A stretch of DNA of 64,000 bases from the human T2T-CHM13v2.0 reference genome, Homo sapiens. The notes beneath the pieces were generated by a model that ran no database searches, was not told where the DNA came from, and worked only from the letters and a program-made list of their open reading frames with translations. Shown in pieces: positions 40,872 through 53,362 of this stretch (position 1 is the first letter of the stretch; every line of letters starts with the position of its first letter). Location of the stretch: the NCBI RefSeq assembly GCF_009914755.1, contig NC_060928.1. One strand, given 5' to 3'. The translations under genes were made by a program, and so were the position numbers.

Positions 40872-41199
40872 AATTCTTTCTCAGTGCATATTTTAGCTAC
40901 CCAATCTTGGCTGGCGGGCTACTGCTACATTTATTATGTAGTTACTGATCTGGTGAGTTTATCAGAAAGGCTGATTAGAAGCAGTTCACATTCACTTGGA
41001 ATGAGCAACAGCATACATTCATGATCTTGAAAAGGGGTATGCTAACATTCCTTCACAATATAGTTCTTGTTATAAAGGGACCTTTGCCATCTGGACCTTC
41101 TGCAGAACATCTGCAGAACATCATTTTGATTAGACCTAGGGAGGAGAAAGAAGCTTTATAAGAAATGCCCTTGTGAGGCATATGTGGGCCCAGGGGGTG

Positions 41200-41621
41200 T
41201 GTGGAGACAAAGTGGCTTCATCTTGAATGCAAATCCACCATGCTGTCTTCTCATTAGCCCCAGACACCCTGACGCATCCCAATTCCTACTGTATTTACTG
41301 TTCCTAGTGTAAGAACATGTCAACCTTGATGTTATTACGCAAATTATGGGCTATGACCCACATAGTATTCTTGCCTGTTCTACCTTTGATTGTCTTGCTG
41401 GAGCACCTATACCCCTTCCACATGGTATATAAGCCCTGAATCTGGAAAGTAAAGGTGTAATCTACCTGTATAGTGACCACCCAATATCAGGTTTCTGTCT
41501 GTAAGTCCCCCAGCAAAGCATTCCTTACCAACAAACTACATTCATCTGCCTCCTTGTTCAATTTCCCAGCTCCTTCAGCATTTTGGGGGCTGCTTTGCCT
41601 ATACGGCCCTCTCATGGAACA
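41200..41621 (+). mobile_element. Solo LTR (LTR47-like)
   Basis: TGTGGAGACAAAGTG..TCCATCTTG-like start, TATATAA box ~41427, ...GGAACA end, TSD GGGTG / GGGTC. Confidence 0.65.
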
Positions 41622-42960
41622 GGGTCAGGGATTTACCTTACAAAGACCAAGATTCAGCCAAATTGGTGATGTTTCAAGAATTCCATGAGTTTGTGAAATG
41701 CTAAAACACACCCAAAGAAATGGGCAACTTGTTACTCCTTGCATCTATGCCATGAAGAAAGGTATAATGCCTGGTAATCCTCTTTGGATTTTGGAAATAA
41801 CACATGCCATATTTAGAAATACAGCTCTGACTCCTTTATCAATTGACTCAGATGGCAAATAGTTTTGAGTGGGGCTTTGCAACAGATTTAAGCTGTGGAA
41901 CAAGCATCCCTGCCATTTAGGTCATATGATTCAGTAAATTCCATGATGCTAGAAGCACTTGAGATGATACATAAGAATGCCGTGTACAATCTTCTGAAAG
42001 CCCCCACAGAAGAATCACAGCAAAGACCACCAAGGGCATGCAGCAAGCTGTACTATCTGTAGCAGAGAACTATTCAGCATTCTGAAAGTAGATTCTGTCA
42101 CGCTACTGGACCTAAATAGAGACTGAACTCCCAACCAAGGAATATTAAGTGACTGTGAAACTGAGGCTAGTTACTTTTATCCTGATATTACATCAAGTCA
42201 TAACTTTGTGGAGGGAGGCACAATAGGAATTCATCATATTGTGAAAATGGTATATTCTGGATCAGATCGAAGCAGGTTCAGAGAACATAAGTAAGTTACA
42301 CACGCTAGTGTCCCAGACCTTTACATTACTTACTTAGTTTCATCAATGCCTCATATTTAGTGAGCTAGTAGAGAAGAAATAGCAAATGGAGAAGGAAAAT
42401 CTCAGGCTTGGTTCATGGATAGGGTGACTTAATATGTTTGCAAGATGAAAATAAGCCTCTGTTGCACTACAGCCTGTCTCAGAGGAGGCCTTGGAAAACA
42501 GTGTTAAGGGGAAGTCCTGCATGGTTCACTCTGTCATCAGCTCTGTATGAAGAGAGAAATGGTCTGAGGTAAGAACACAAATAAATTCCTGGGCAGTGGC
42601 TGGTTAATCATGGACTTGTAAGGAGCAAGACTGGAAGAGTGGGGTCTAGAAGATATGAGGAAGACTCATGTAGAGGGATCCATAGAAGTGAATACAAAAT
42701 GTGCAGATCTTTTTGTCTCCTATCAATATCCCCTGGAGACCATCTACCACCGAACAGCCAAGTGGTAAAGATGATTCAGCCAGTGAAAGTCAGCGAGTTT
42801 CTTTCCTCAGCAACCCCAGTGCTTGCACAAGGGGCCCGTGAACAGAATAGCCTCACTGGCAGAGATGGAGGGAGACAGAGGAGAAACAAATATTAAATAA
42901 ATAATGACACAGATAATTGTTGATAATGATTTTCAATACTAAGGAAACAAATATAAGGTC

Positions 42961-43302
42961 TAGGTTGAGTATTCCAAAATGGTTGGGAGCAAAAGTGTTT
43001 TGGATTTTGATTTTTTTCTGATTTTGGAATATTTGCATATAATGAGATATCTTGGGGATGAGATCCAAGTCCAAACACAAAATTCATTTATTTCAAATGC
43101 ACCCACATGCATAGCCTCAAAGTAATTTTATACAATATTTTAAATAATTTTGCACATAGAGGAAAGTTTTGACTGCATTTTGACTGCAACCCATCACATG
43201 AGATCAGGTGTGGGACTTTGCACTTGTGGTGTCATCTTGGCTCCCAAAAAATTTGCAACTTTGGAAGATTTTGGATTTTTTGGATTTAGGATGCTCATTC
43301 TG
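42961..43302. mobile_element. Tigger4b-type (Zombi) MITE
   Basis: AGGTTGAGTAT...TTTTGGAATATTTGCAT...GATATCTTGGGGATG...GGATGCTCA..CTG-TA. Confidence 0.8.
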
Positions 43303-43560
43303 TATCATAAAACATGTAAAACATGGAACAACCCTATTCTGGGAAACCAGGGAATGCTTTCCTGAGGAAATACAACTTTAAAGTTGAGCAGATGATAACT
43401 AGATAAGAAAGGGACAGGCAAGACCAAAAAAACTATAGCATTTGTGTGAAAGCCCTGAGGTGGGAAGACGCTTGGTAATATGAGCAAGTAAAGAAGACCA
43501 ATGTGCCTAGAAGACCATGAAAGAGTGGAAGAGTGGTGGAGGTGAGAAAGAAGAGATAAA

Positions 43561-43632
43561 TGAACATGCCTGATCTTGTCTGATCTCAGAAGCTAAGCAG
43601 GTTTGCGCCTGGTTAATACTTGAATGGGAGAC
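43561..43632 (+). pseudogene. 5S rRNA pseudogene fragment (approx. nt 20-91 of 5S)
   Basis: TGAACATGCCTGATCTTGTCTGATCTCAGAAGCTAAGCAGGTTTGCGCCTGGTTAATACTTGAATGGGAGAC aligns by eye to human 5S, mostly with CpG-decay changes. Confidence 0.92.
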
Positions 43633-44139
43633 AGAAGACATAAGGACCACTGTGAAGGGATCCTTTGTTGCCATTGCTGTTCTTGCTGTTGCTGCTGCTG
43701 CTGTTCTAATTGTTGCTTGTGGGTTCACCTTTCCTGAGCTAACTCTTTTTCAACTTTCACTTTTTACTTCCTCAGGGAAACATTAGTGATGCTCCAAATT
43801 AGTGTTGTTTATTGATGTTTGTGCTTATTTTAAGAGCAGTGAAAATCATTGAAAAAGGACTGGGCTAGAGATAAGAATTTGGTATTGATTGGAATATAGA
43901 TGACATATATGGATTAAGAGGAAATTAGAGCATGGTACCAAGCCTAGTAAGGGAAAAGTCTCCTTAAGAGACATCAAGAAGGAACAACCTGAGAAGAAGG
44001 GAGAACTAACAAAGAATATGGTATTCCCAAGTCAAGAGAAAAGATAGATTTGAAAAGAATGTGTTCAACTATGTCAAAAGTTGAAGAGCAGGTCAATTAA
44101 TATATAGCCTAAGAAAATGTCCGTTTGATTTAGCAACAT

Positions 44140-44727
44140 TCGTATTTACACCAACAGAAATTAGCAAATGCCACAAATCCTGGCTGGATTTATTGTTTTA
44201 TTGATTGTCTAGTCTTAAGAAAGCGATAGAGAAAATATTAATAATGCAGACTAAACTGAAAAGTATATCAAAGTCTGTAGCCATTACATGAATAGCACAA
44301 AAGATTGAGCACGTATTCTTCCAGTATTTGAAAACTATTATCCTACTCAGCAAAGAAGTTGCACACGTCATTGATTCTCAAATGAATTCTGACAAACAGC
44401 TTCATTGTCATTTCACTTTCATCTTACTCATTAACCACAAATGAAAAATACCAACCAACATTCATGTGGGAACTACATTTGTTCATCAGTTGCAATCATT
44501 GATTAGTTAGGGATACAAGAATGGCAAAAATCAATGAAATCAAGGATTCTGTGAGAATCTGTTAGATCTAGAGGATTTCCAATAACAAACTTTGAATATT
44601 TTATTGTTATTTACAAACTGCCATGCATTCTTTATATCAATAAAATGCTTAATAGATTTATATTGTTATAATACGTGTGCACTTTTTCCAAAGAGTAAAT
44701 TATTATGCATTTACCGGCATATCACTA
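44140..44727. mobile_element. MER63-like hAT-Blackjack DNA transposon fragment
   Basis: TGATTGTCTAG.CTTAAGAAAG...ATGCAGA.TAAACT; terminal CATTTACCGGCATATCACT. Confidence 0.6.
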
Positions 44728-45107
44728 TCCTTAGCCATCAGTAATGACCATTAGATAAATGCTCAGGATATACTTATATAAATTTAAAACAAATTCACAA
44801 ATATGACTTTGAAATAAAGAGATATCACAAAAATGGAAGGAAAGAAAATACAATGGAAATTAACTACCATAATATGGTTACTGTGGAGAGTGTAAATGGC
44901 AGACTTATGAATAAAGTTTTGGAACACATGCCATTTGAAGTTCTTGCAGGAACAGAAAAGTCTGAATTTTTTCTTCACTTGTGGTTCACCAAATTCTGCT
45001 ACCTTTATCTCACTTTACTGAACATGTTTCCCCACCTCAGTAAAATAAAGAGGAATTAAATTTTGCAAAAGGAACAGAGAAATTGATGTAAAACAAAGGG
45101 ATATTTT

Positions 45108-45601
45108 GGTAGTTTTAACCTACGTCCACAAACGGTTTTATATTCTTTCCTTCCCTTCTGGGCCTAATTACCCTTTCTGAGTGTAGACTTGACTTAGTAA
45201 CTCAACTCTAATGATTAGAATATGGCAGAAATGATAGAGTGTAACTTCCAAGTATAGATCTAAATGATATTGTGACTTATGTCTTTCTCCCTTGAATCAC
45301 TTGCTCTGGGGTAGAGATTCACATGGAGAGAAACTGAGGCCTCCTACCAACAGGCAACACTAACTTTCCAATCCAGGTGAATGAGCCATTGTGAAAGTTG
45401 ATCCTCCAGTCCCAGCCAAGCCTTCAGATGACTATAGCCCCAGCTGACATCTTGACAGCAACCTCACGAGAGATCCTAAACCAGGGTCACCCAGCCAAGC
45501 AGCTTCAGGATCTCTGATCCTCATAAACTGTAATATAATAATTATTTATAGTTTTAAGGACTATGGAGGAAATTTTTTATGTAACGATAGATAACTAATA
45601 C
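45108..45601 (+). mobile_element. MLT1F-type MaLR LTR
   Basis: GAAACTGAGGCCTCC...CAAGCCTTCAGATGACT..AGCCCC.GCTGACATCTTGAC...ATAGATAACTAATAC. Confidence 0.8.
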
Positions 45602-45970
45602 CTATAGTATAAAATTATGAAGATGTTTACATTTCTTGGGGGTCAATTAATCTTAGATAAGTTTAGGAACTATAATAAATGTGACTTTGAACTTCTCTAA
45701 CAAGCTGTTAGTGTAGTATTAGACTCAAACACCTTGTCTTCACCTCCTTGTTGAAGGATAGATGGTAATTTAATGAATCCCTCCCAGAGAAGGACACATG
45801 GGAAGAATTACTAGAGGAGGTAGCATTTGACCTAGATCTCGAAATTTCAATTACATTTTAGCAGACAGGACTGGATAATAGGTATTTGGATTCGTGTACT
45901 GGTGGTGACAGAAAATACATGTTTTAAGAACTATAAGGTAGCTGAATAGAGCACAGGGAAACTTTCAGAG

Positions 45971-46159
45971 CAATGTTTCACAAACTGGGGCATGCCTAAC
46001 AATCCCTAGGGGTGCTTATTTAAAATACATGACTGGGCCTCATTCACAAAGTTGACTTGGTGGAATTGAAGGGGCCCAGGAATTTACCTTCTAAGTGAAA
46101 AATCACAAGTGATTATCATGTAGGTAGATGGTCACTGGATCACAATTTAAGAACCACTG
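45971..46159. mobile_element. MER5-type hAT MITE
   Basis: CAATGTTTCACAAACT...GGGGCCCAGGAAT...TTTAAGAACCACTG. Confidence 0.65.
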
Positions 46160-46284
46160 TGTTAATGGAATAACACAATTTCAGTCTAGAAACATAAGTT
46201 AGGACCGTGTCACAGGTGTTTAAATGTTGAACTAAGCTATGTGGTTGAAATGATAAACAGTGAGATGCTACAGGATTTTTGAAT

Positions 46285-48960
46285 AGTTTTTATTGTGAAA
46301 ATTTTTATGTACAAGTAGTACTAACAGTAATGAATCTTTATATCACCATATCCATCAATTATCAAGATTTCTCTATATTTGCCTTACTATTCATTTTTCA
46401 TATTATTAATATTGCTGATAAAGTACTTTAAAGCAAATCGTAGACTTCATGTTATTTCACCTCTATTTGCTTCTGCATGTATCTCTAGCTTGCTAGACAA
46501 TCACATTGTTTTTATAGTACCTAAAACAATTAATAATAACTCACTGGTATCCTCTAATACTGAGTTCAAATTTATCTTTTATAATTTTTTTAAAAATTCT
46601 TTCATTGTGAGCTTGTTTGAACCCAAATCCAAACAAGGTCCACACATTGCATTAGATGCTGTATCTAAAGATTATCCTAATCAAGATGGGTCCCTCCTCA
46701 TTTCCCTCCATTTTTCTTCATGTCACAGCCTTACTGATACTGAACACTAGTTCTACAGAATGTTTCACAATATAGGTTTGTTTTTTTGTATTCTTGTGGT
46801 ATCATCTAACTTAATATGATGTCCTCCATATTTCCTGTAAGCAGAAGGTTATCTCAAAGTCTTAATAAAATTCAGGTTTACTTTCTTTTTTTAAGGAATA
46901 CTTCATAGGGGACTATGTAGTGTATAATCCATGAAAGCAAGAAGCACGTCATATCAGGGTCTCCCACTCCAAACGATGCTAAAATTGATCCGTGATTTCA
47001 AGGAGTGACAGATTGATTCCTTCATTATAAAATTCCTCAAAATACTTTGATCTATTGTTTCATTTATTCTTAATCATTGCCTCAATAAAATTTTCATTAG
47101 GAGATGCAAAATGTTGATTTTTCTAAAGCTCTTATTTCTTCTACTTTTATTATATGGAATTACTCTAAAATATTCTTCTGTCATTACTAAAGCTACTTGA
47201 TTACTCTGAAATACTTCATATAGAAATGATAGGATAAATGCTTAATTATTTCCCACTGTTAAGGCTACAACAAATGGTTAAAAAAAACACTTTTTTTGGT
47301 TTTTGCTTGTTTGTTAATATCTGTGACACTATGAGAAACTGCTTAGGATAATTCATCTTGACCTGGAAATTCTTATTTAAAATAACCTATAGGAGAACAC
47401 ATTTCAAATTAATTTTCAATTTATTTACACCTCTTGAGAAATATTACAGTTCTTTAATTGGAATAGTCCTTAAAATCTGAGATTTCTTAAAGCCATTGGA
47501 TATATACTGTACCATGGCTGGGTGGAGCAAAATTTAACTTAAAGTTTCAGCAGTAACTACAGGCCTCAAAACACTAGAGATAATGCTTGAATTGACTTGA
47601 ACTAGTAACTCTAGGCATCTAAAGAGCAAAGTAAATATGCCTGTTTGGTTTCTAGTGTTTTCACTTTTTATTCTGAAACAATCTCAAACTAACAAAAAAG
47701 TTGTAAGTACAGTACAAAGGACCTTTTTCACAAAATCATTATAGAGTAAGCCGCCCATTTTTTCTGAATACTTTGAGTATTCCCTGAAAAGGAGGACATT
47801 CTCTGATGTAACCAAAATATAACAATCAAAATGAGGAAATTAACTTGTTACCATCTATTTCCCAGACACCAATTTTGTCAATTGTTTCAATGATGTTCTT
47901 TATTAGAAAAGGACCTAGTTTAGAATCAGGCATCAGATGTATTATCATTCTCTTTATCCACCTCTACCCTGGAATAGTTCCTTGGTTCACCTTGGAATAG
48001 AGACTTGATCTGTCTTTCACAATCTTGACACTTTTAAAGATTACAGGCTGGTTATTTTCTAGACTTTCTTTATAGATTGGTTTGGTGTTTTCTCTCAACT
48101 GGCTTCAGGATATGCATCTTTGGCAGGAATATCATAGAAGTAATAATACATTCTCTGCATCCTAACAGAAGGCATATAAATTAAATTTGTTCTGTCTCAT
48201 TACTGGTGATGTTAACTTTGATCACTTGATAAAGTTGGTGTCTGCTATACATCTCCATGGTAGAGTCAATTTTATTTTACTTGCAATCAATAAATATTTT
48301 GTAACTAATAATTATTTCTCAAACCTTCAGGCATTTATTTGTTCTGTCTAAGATTCATGGATTTCTTTATTTCTCAGGAAGATAATCTGTCACTGCCATT
48401 ACTTATTTTGATACTCAAATTGTCCTACGGGTTGTCAGCGGAAGCTGCTTCAAGCAAGCTTCTACAGTACTTTGACATGTCTCCATCATTCTTTGAACAC
48501 TTCCTTATTTCTGAGAAAACAAGAGGTTTTTGTTATCTTGTGTTTTTTCTGCTTCATCCCTGAAATCAAATGATTTTTCCAAGAACCCTAGCTCTTTTTA
48601 GTGCAGAACATTATTGAGAAACTGAAATCTGGGAGCTAGATATGTTCAATTGCTAATCTCAGGCACTGAGACACTGAGAGTGAAAAGAACTACAAAATAC
48701 ATAGGTACACACACACACACACACACACACACAGGCATGACATTTATATATATTTATTTCTATATCATCTATTCATATATATTAAAAACTAGAAACTCAT
48801 ATTCAAACCTCCAATTCAAATCTATCACCACAGCTTCCTCCATTTCCATATTTGCAACTCCCTTCTCTGACAGTGAGAAATCTATTCTCGTTCTCCTCAA
48901 ATATTTACTTTTTTGCATTCATCCTTCTGTATGTAACTAATCTGGCTGCCCACACACACT
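46285..48960 (-). mobile_element. Old L1MC 3'-end fragments (at least two pieces)
   Basis: L1MC antisense signatures (ATCCAAACAAGGTCCACACATTGCATT; TTACTGGTGATGTTAACTTTGATCACTTG); includes (AC)n at ~48707-48732. Confidence 0.65.
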
Positions 48961-49045
48961 AGAAGCTCTCTCTGCTTAAACTGTGATACCTCAGGCTGTG
49001 CTGCTGCTGCCATCATCCAGCTCCCACAGATACTCAATTTGTTGT

Positions 49046-49423
49046 TGATATGATTTGGCCCTATGTCCCCATCCAAATCTCACCTTGAATTGTAATCCCC
49101 ATAATCCCCACGTGTCAAGGGCAGCCCCAGGTGGAGGTAATTGGATCATGGGGACAGTTTCCCCCATGCTGTTCTCGTGATAATGAATGAGTCTCATGAG
49201 ATCTGATAGTTTTATAAGTGCCTGGCGTTTCCCCTGCTTGCACTTACTCCATCCTGCCCCCCTGTGAAGAAGGTGCCTGCTTCGCCCTTGCCTTCCACCA
49301 TGATTGTAGGTTTCCTGAGGCCTCCCCAGCAATGTGAAACTCTGAGTCATTTAAACCTCCTTCCTTTATAAATTACTCAGACTCAGGTATTTCTTCAAAG
49401 CAGTGTGAGAAGGAACTAATACA
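49046..49423 (+). mobile_element. THE1D-type MaLR solo LTR
   Basis: TGATATGATTTGG...CAAATCTCACCTTGAATTGTAATCCC...CCATGATTGTA.GTTTCCTGAGGCCTCCCCAGC...ACTAATACA; TSD GTTGT / GGTGT. Confidence 0.9.
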
Positions 49424-50749
49424 GGTGTTTTGACATCCTATGACACACACTGTCCTTAAGGATGTCCTGATCACACTATTCAGACTCCAACCCCATGCTC
49501 AAGGCCCTGTGCCCCCTTCCCCAGTTCAGATGACAAGCTTCCTCAGCTCTGCCTAATGGGGGAGAAAGAAGAGAAGAAAAAGGGAGGGAGGGAGGAGAAG
49601 AATAGGTCCCTACTTATTTTAAGGGCCAAATAAATATATTTCACCGTAAACTACCAAAACTCTTACTGTCCCTCACATTACTGGAACATTCTAATTTACT
49701 CACCTAAAAATTGACGTTTGCTTCAAAAAAGTAATAATACTAAAGGTTATATGTAACCCTGGCATATTAGGACCAATATTCTATATATTCAGCAAATATT
49801 TCACTACAGCCCATAAAACTGTTGAAACTCAAAGGAAAGTGAATATTGTGTATTATACAATCAAATTTAAAGCACAAAGTTTGGATGATGCAAGCTCAAG
49901 GAAAATTTGGGCATCCTACACATTTGGTAGTGACATTATGTGAAAGAATTTCGGGATTAATTTTCAGCTGATAGAGTTGGAAAAAAAAGTGGACGTATAG
50001 GGAAAAAAATGCAATATAGACAACCGATACTACCAGGCACTAGCTGCTTACACTGCCATACATATATAGATGACAGTTAATTGTCTCTCTGAAAGTTCTA
50101 CTTAAGCATCTACAGCTACTAGCAATTATTTTCTCAAGAAGCACATTTTATATGGTAGCACTATTTATAGTAACAGCATTATTAGTCGATTTCAATAACA
50201 CCCACTTCAATCACCAAACGGAGAATTTTCTGCCCAAAAAAAAAAAAATACATTAGATGGCCTTTTCTTTTTCTTTGTTCTCATGGATGGTTTTCAGATT
50301 AGGTTTGTTTTTTGTTGTTGCTTTTGTGTGTCTTTAACATTTATTTCAGCAGAGCCCAAACATTCACACAAGAATAAAGCTCTGAAGTTTCTGGCACGTA
50401 AGATACGCCCAAGACTATTCCTAGACACCAGCAAACAGACGAGGTTGAAGAAGAAACAGGTGAAGAATAATGTCTTAAACATCATTTTAGCACCCTATTC
50501 TGCCATTCTGTATCTTTATAGGATATGTCCAGTCCAGTCCCAGAAAATCTACTGCCCAAGGAGTTCTAGATGACAGGTTAGATCAAGCCCCGGCAAATGT
50601 TTGCGAAAACAACATTCAACTGCCTCTGGACATTGCAAAGACATATTCCAGGGAGCTATCTCTTGGGCTCTTTTTTAACATCTCTCCTAGAGGATGAGAC
50701 TCCTTTCGGGATTACAGCCACTGGGAAAGTAAAAGCAACAGTAGCATCA

Positions 50750-51110
50750 ACAGGTTGCATCGCACTCCCGCGCCCCAGGGGCGGTGCAGGAGAGCGCCCG
50801 GAGCCAGAGCCAGGGCGCGCTGGGCGCAAGCTGGGGCGCGCCCAGGGCCAATGAGCTTCTGATTGGCTCTTTGCTGTGAATAGACTAGGCCGAGGCTAAT
50901 AGGACCGGAGGGGGCGTTCACCTGGGAATTGGCCTCCCCCCCTTGCCAAGGACCTCCCTGATTGTATGGGGCGGAGTGGGGTGGGGGTGGGGGCTGGAAA
51001 GGGGAAGCCCACCCTAACTAAACGGAGGGGCGGGAGGAGGTTAAACTGAGGAAGCCACGAGCCCGCAGTAAAGAGAGGGCGATCGAGGCAAAAGGGTAGG
51101 TAACTTGGGA
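50750..51110. promoter_or_regulatory. Upstream CpG-rich promoter-like element
   Basis: CCAAT ~50848, ATTGG ~50862 and ~50928, GC boxes (GGGGCGGAG ~50967, GGGGCGGG ~51027), G-run cluster. Confidence 0.55.
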
Positions 51111-51959
51111 CTTCTGTGCCTTGAAAGTGTTAAGGATTGCAGGGAATGCAGGCGCCTTTCATTTTACTTTGGGCACCCTCCCCTGGCTGGGCATTTAATG
51201 AGGAGTCCTACTGTGTGTGTTGAAACTCTGCATAATACCGTAAAATATTCTGGCCCTAAATTACACTCAACGGAGAGATTTAGGCAGATTACAATCCTAA
51301 TTGGCCGCAGGGTGCTGGGGAAAGGGGACAGAGAGAATTGGGGGATCTGGAATTTGGTGTGCTATCACTACACCGCAGCTCTATTTTCCATTAAGAAAAA
51401 GATCATATGACGAAGTCGAACTAAGAGATCTGAAGTAAAAAATGAAAAGATGGAGCAAAAGTAAGAAACATACTCTGAGACGAGTGGGTTTTCCCCCTTT
51501 ATTCCAACAGCAATCTTAAATGATGGACGTCATGTAGCAGTTATATATCTATGAACATGCATGAGAGATTTATAAATACCTGCATACATAAATACAAACA
51601 TCCTATTATACATGAGAAATCGTAAATGCTTGGGCATCAGAAGTGGGAGCTGTGATCCTAGCTTGGGGGCAGCACAGGGTAGGCGGCCTTCTCTCTGCTT
51701 TGAGTGGCTTCTGGGCGCCTGGCGGGTCCAGAATCGCCCAGAGCCGCCCGCGGTCGTGCACATCTGACCCGAGTCAGCTTGGGCACCAGCCGAGAGCCGG
51801 CTCCGCACCGCTCCCGCACCCCAGCCGCCGGGGTGGTGACACACACCGGAGTCGAATTACAGCCCTGCAATTAACATATGAATCTGACGAATTTAAAAGA
51901 AGGAAAAAAAAAAAAAAACCTGAGCAGGCTTGGGAGTCCTCTGCACACAAGAACTTTTC

Positions 51960-52150
51960 TCGGGGTGTAAAAACTCTTTGATTGGCTGCTCGCACGCGCC
52001 TGCCCGCGCCCTCCATTGGCTGAGAAGACACGCGACCGGCGCGAGGAGGGGGTTGGGAGAGGAGCGGGGGGAGACTGAGTGGCGCGTGCCGCTTTTTAAA
52101 GGGGCGCAGCGCCTTCAGCAACCGGAGAAGCATAGTTGCACGCGACCTGG
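51960..52150 (+). promoter_or_regulatory. ATOH1 proximal promoter
   Basis: Reverse CCAAT boxes (ATTGG 51981, 52015), TATA-like TTTTTAAA ~52093-52100, four class-C sites CACGCG/CGCGTG (51993, 52029, 52083, 52139), 150-330 bp upstream of the ATG. Confidence 0.85.
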
Positions 52151-52297
52151 TGTGTGATCTCCGAGTGGGTGGGGGAGGGTCGAGGAGGGAAAAAAAAATA
52201 AGACGTTGCAGAAGAGACCCGGAAAGGGCCTTTTTTTTGGTTGAGCTGGTGTCCCAGTGCTGCCTCCGATCCTGAGCCTCCGAGCCTTTGCAGTGCA

Positions 52298-53362
52298 ATG
52301 TCCCGCCTGCTGCATGCAGAAGAGTGGGCTGAAGTGAAGGAGTTGGGAGACCACCATCGCCAGCCCCAGCCGCATCATCTCCCGCAACCGCCGCCGCCGC
52401 CGCAGCCACCTGCAACTTTGCAGGCGAGAGAGCATCCCGTCTACCCGCCTGAGCTGTCCCTCCTGGACAGCACCGACCCACGCGCCTGGCTGGCTCCCAC
52501 TTTGCAGGGCATCTGCACGGCACGCGCCGCCCAGTATTTGCTACATTCCCCGGAGCTGGGTGCCTCAGAGGCCGCTGCGCCCCGGGACGAGGTGGACGGC
52601 CGGGGGGAGCTGGTAAGGAGGAGCAGCGGCGGTGCCAGCAGCAGCAAGAGCCCCGGGCCGGTGAAAGTGCGGGAACAGCTGTGCAAGCTGAAAGGCGGGG
52701 TGGTGGTAGACGAGCTGGGCTGCAGCCGCCAACGGGCCCCTTCCAGCAAACAGGTGAATGGGGTGCAGAAGCAGAGACGGCTAGCAGCCAACGCCAGGGA
52801 GCGGCGCAGGATGCATGGGCTGAACCACGCCTTCGACCAGCTGCGCAATGTTATCCCGTCGTTCAACAACGACAAGAAGCTGTCCAAATATGAGACCCTG
52901 CAGATGGCCCAAATCTACATCAACGCCTTGTCCGAGCTGCTACAAACGCCCAGCGGAGGGGAACAGCCACCGCCGCCTCCAGCCTCCTGCAAAAGCGACC
53001 ACCACCACCTTCGCACCGCGGCCTCCTATGAAGGGGGCGCGGGCAACGCGACCGCAGCTGGGGCTCAGCAGGCTTCCGGAGGGAGCCAGCGGCCGACCCC
53101 GCCCGGGAGTTGCCGGACTCGCTTCTCAGCCCCAGCTTCTGCGGGAGGGTACTCGGTGCAGCTGGACGCTCTGCACTTCTCGACTTTCGAGGACAGCGCC
53201 CTGACAGCGATGATGGCGCAAAAGAATTTGTCTCCTTCTCTCCCCGGGAGCATCTTGCAGCCAGTGCAGGAGGAAAACAGCAAAACTTCGCCTCGGTCCC
53301 ACAGAAGCGACGGGGAATTTTCCCCCCATTCCCATTACAGTGACTCGGATGAGGCAAGTTAG
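52298..53362 (+). CDS. ATOH1: Atonal bHLH transcription factor 1 (ATOH1/HATH1/MATH1), single exon, 354 aa
   Basis: ATG at 52298 ([16 protein letters not shown]...), poly-Pro stretch, atonal-class b[61 protein letters not shown], Ser-rich C-terminus ending ...[16 protein letters not shown] at 53360-53362. The ORF-track start at 52241 is a TTG, not the true start. Confidence 0.99.
   Translation: MSRLLHAEEWAEVKELGDHHRQPQPHHLPQPPPPPQPPATLQAREHPVYPPELSLLDSTDPRAWLAPTLQGICTARAAQYLLHSPELGASEAAAPRDEVDGRGELVRRSSGGASSSKSPGPVKVREQLCKLKGGVVVDELGCSRQRAPSSKQVNGVQKQRRLAANARERRRMHGLNHAFDQLRNVIPSFNNDKKLSKYETLQMAQIYINALSELLQTPSGGEQPPPPPASCKSDHHHLRTAASYEGGAGNATAAGAQQASGGSQRPTPPGSCRTRFSAPASAGGYSVQLDALHFSTFEDSALTAMMAQKNLSPSLPGSILQPVQEENSKTSPRSHRSDGEFSPHSHYSDSDEAS

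Larger units (their letters stand above)
37050..42880 (+). mobile_element. Decayed ERVL-class provirus internal region (HERV16/ERV3-16-like) with nested insertions
   Basis: RT-like remnants (GSWQMTIDY at ~40633; KQFTFTWNEQQHTFMIL at ~40979), RNase H/integrase-like remnants to ~42850, LTR 3' remnant at ~37050-37098; family name is inference. Confidence 0.7.

Noticed and set aside
52241-52297. 19-aa N-terminal extension of ATOH1 from TTG
   Set aside because: Near-cognate start in weak context; the known protein begins MSRLL at ATG 52298, which has a purine at -3
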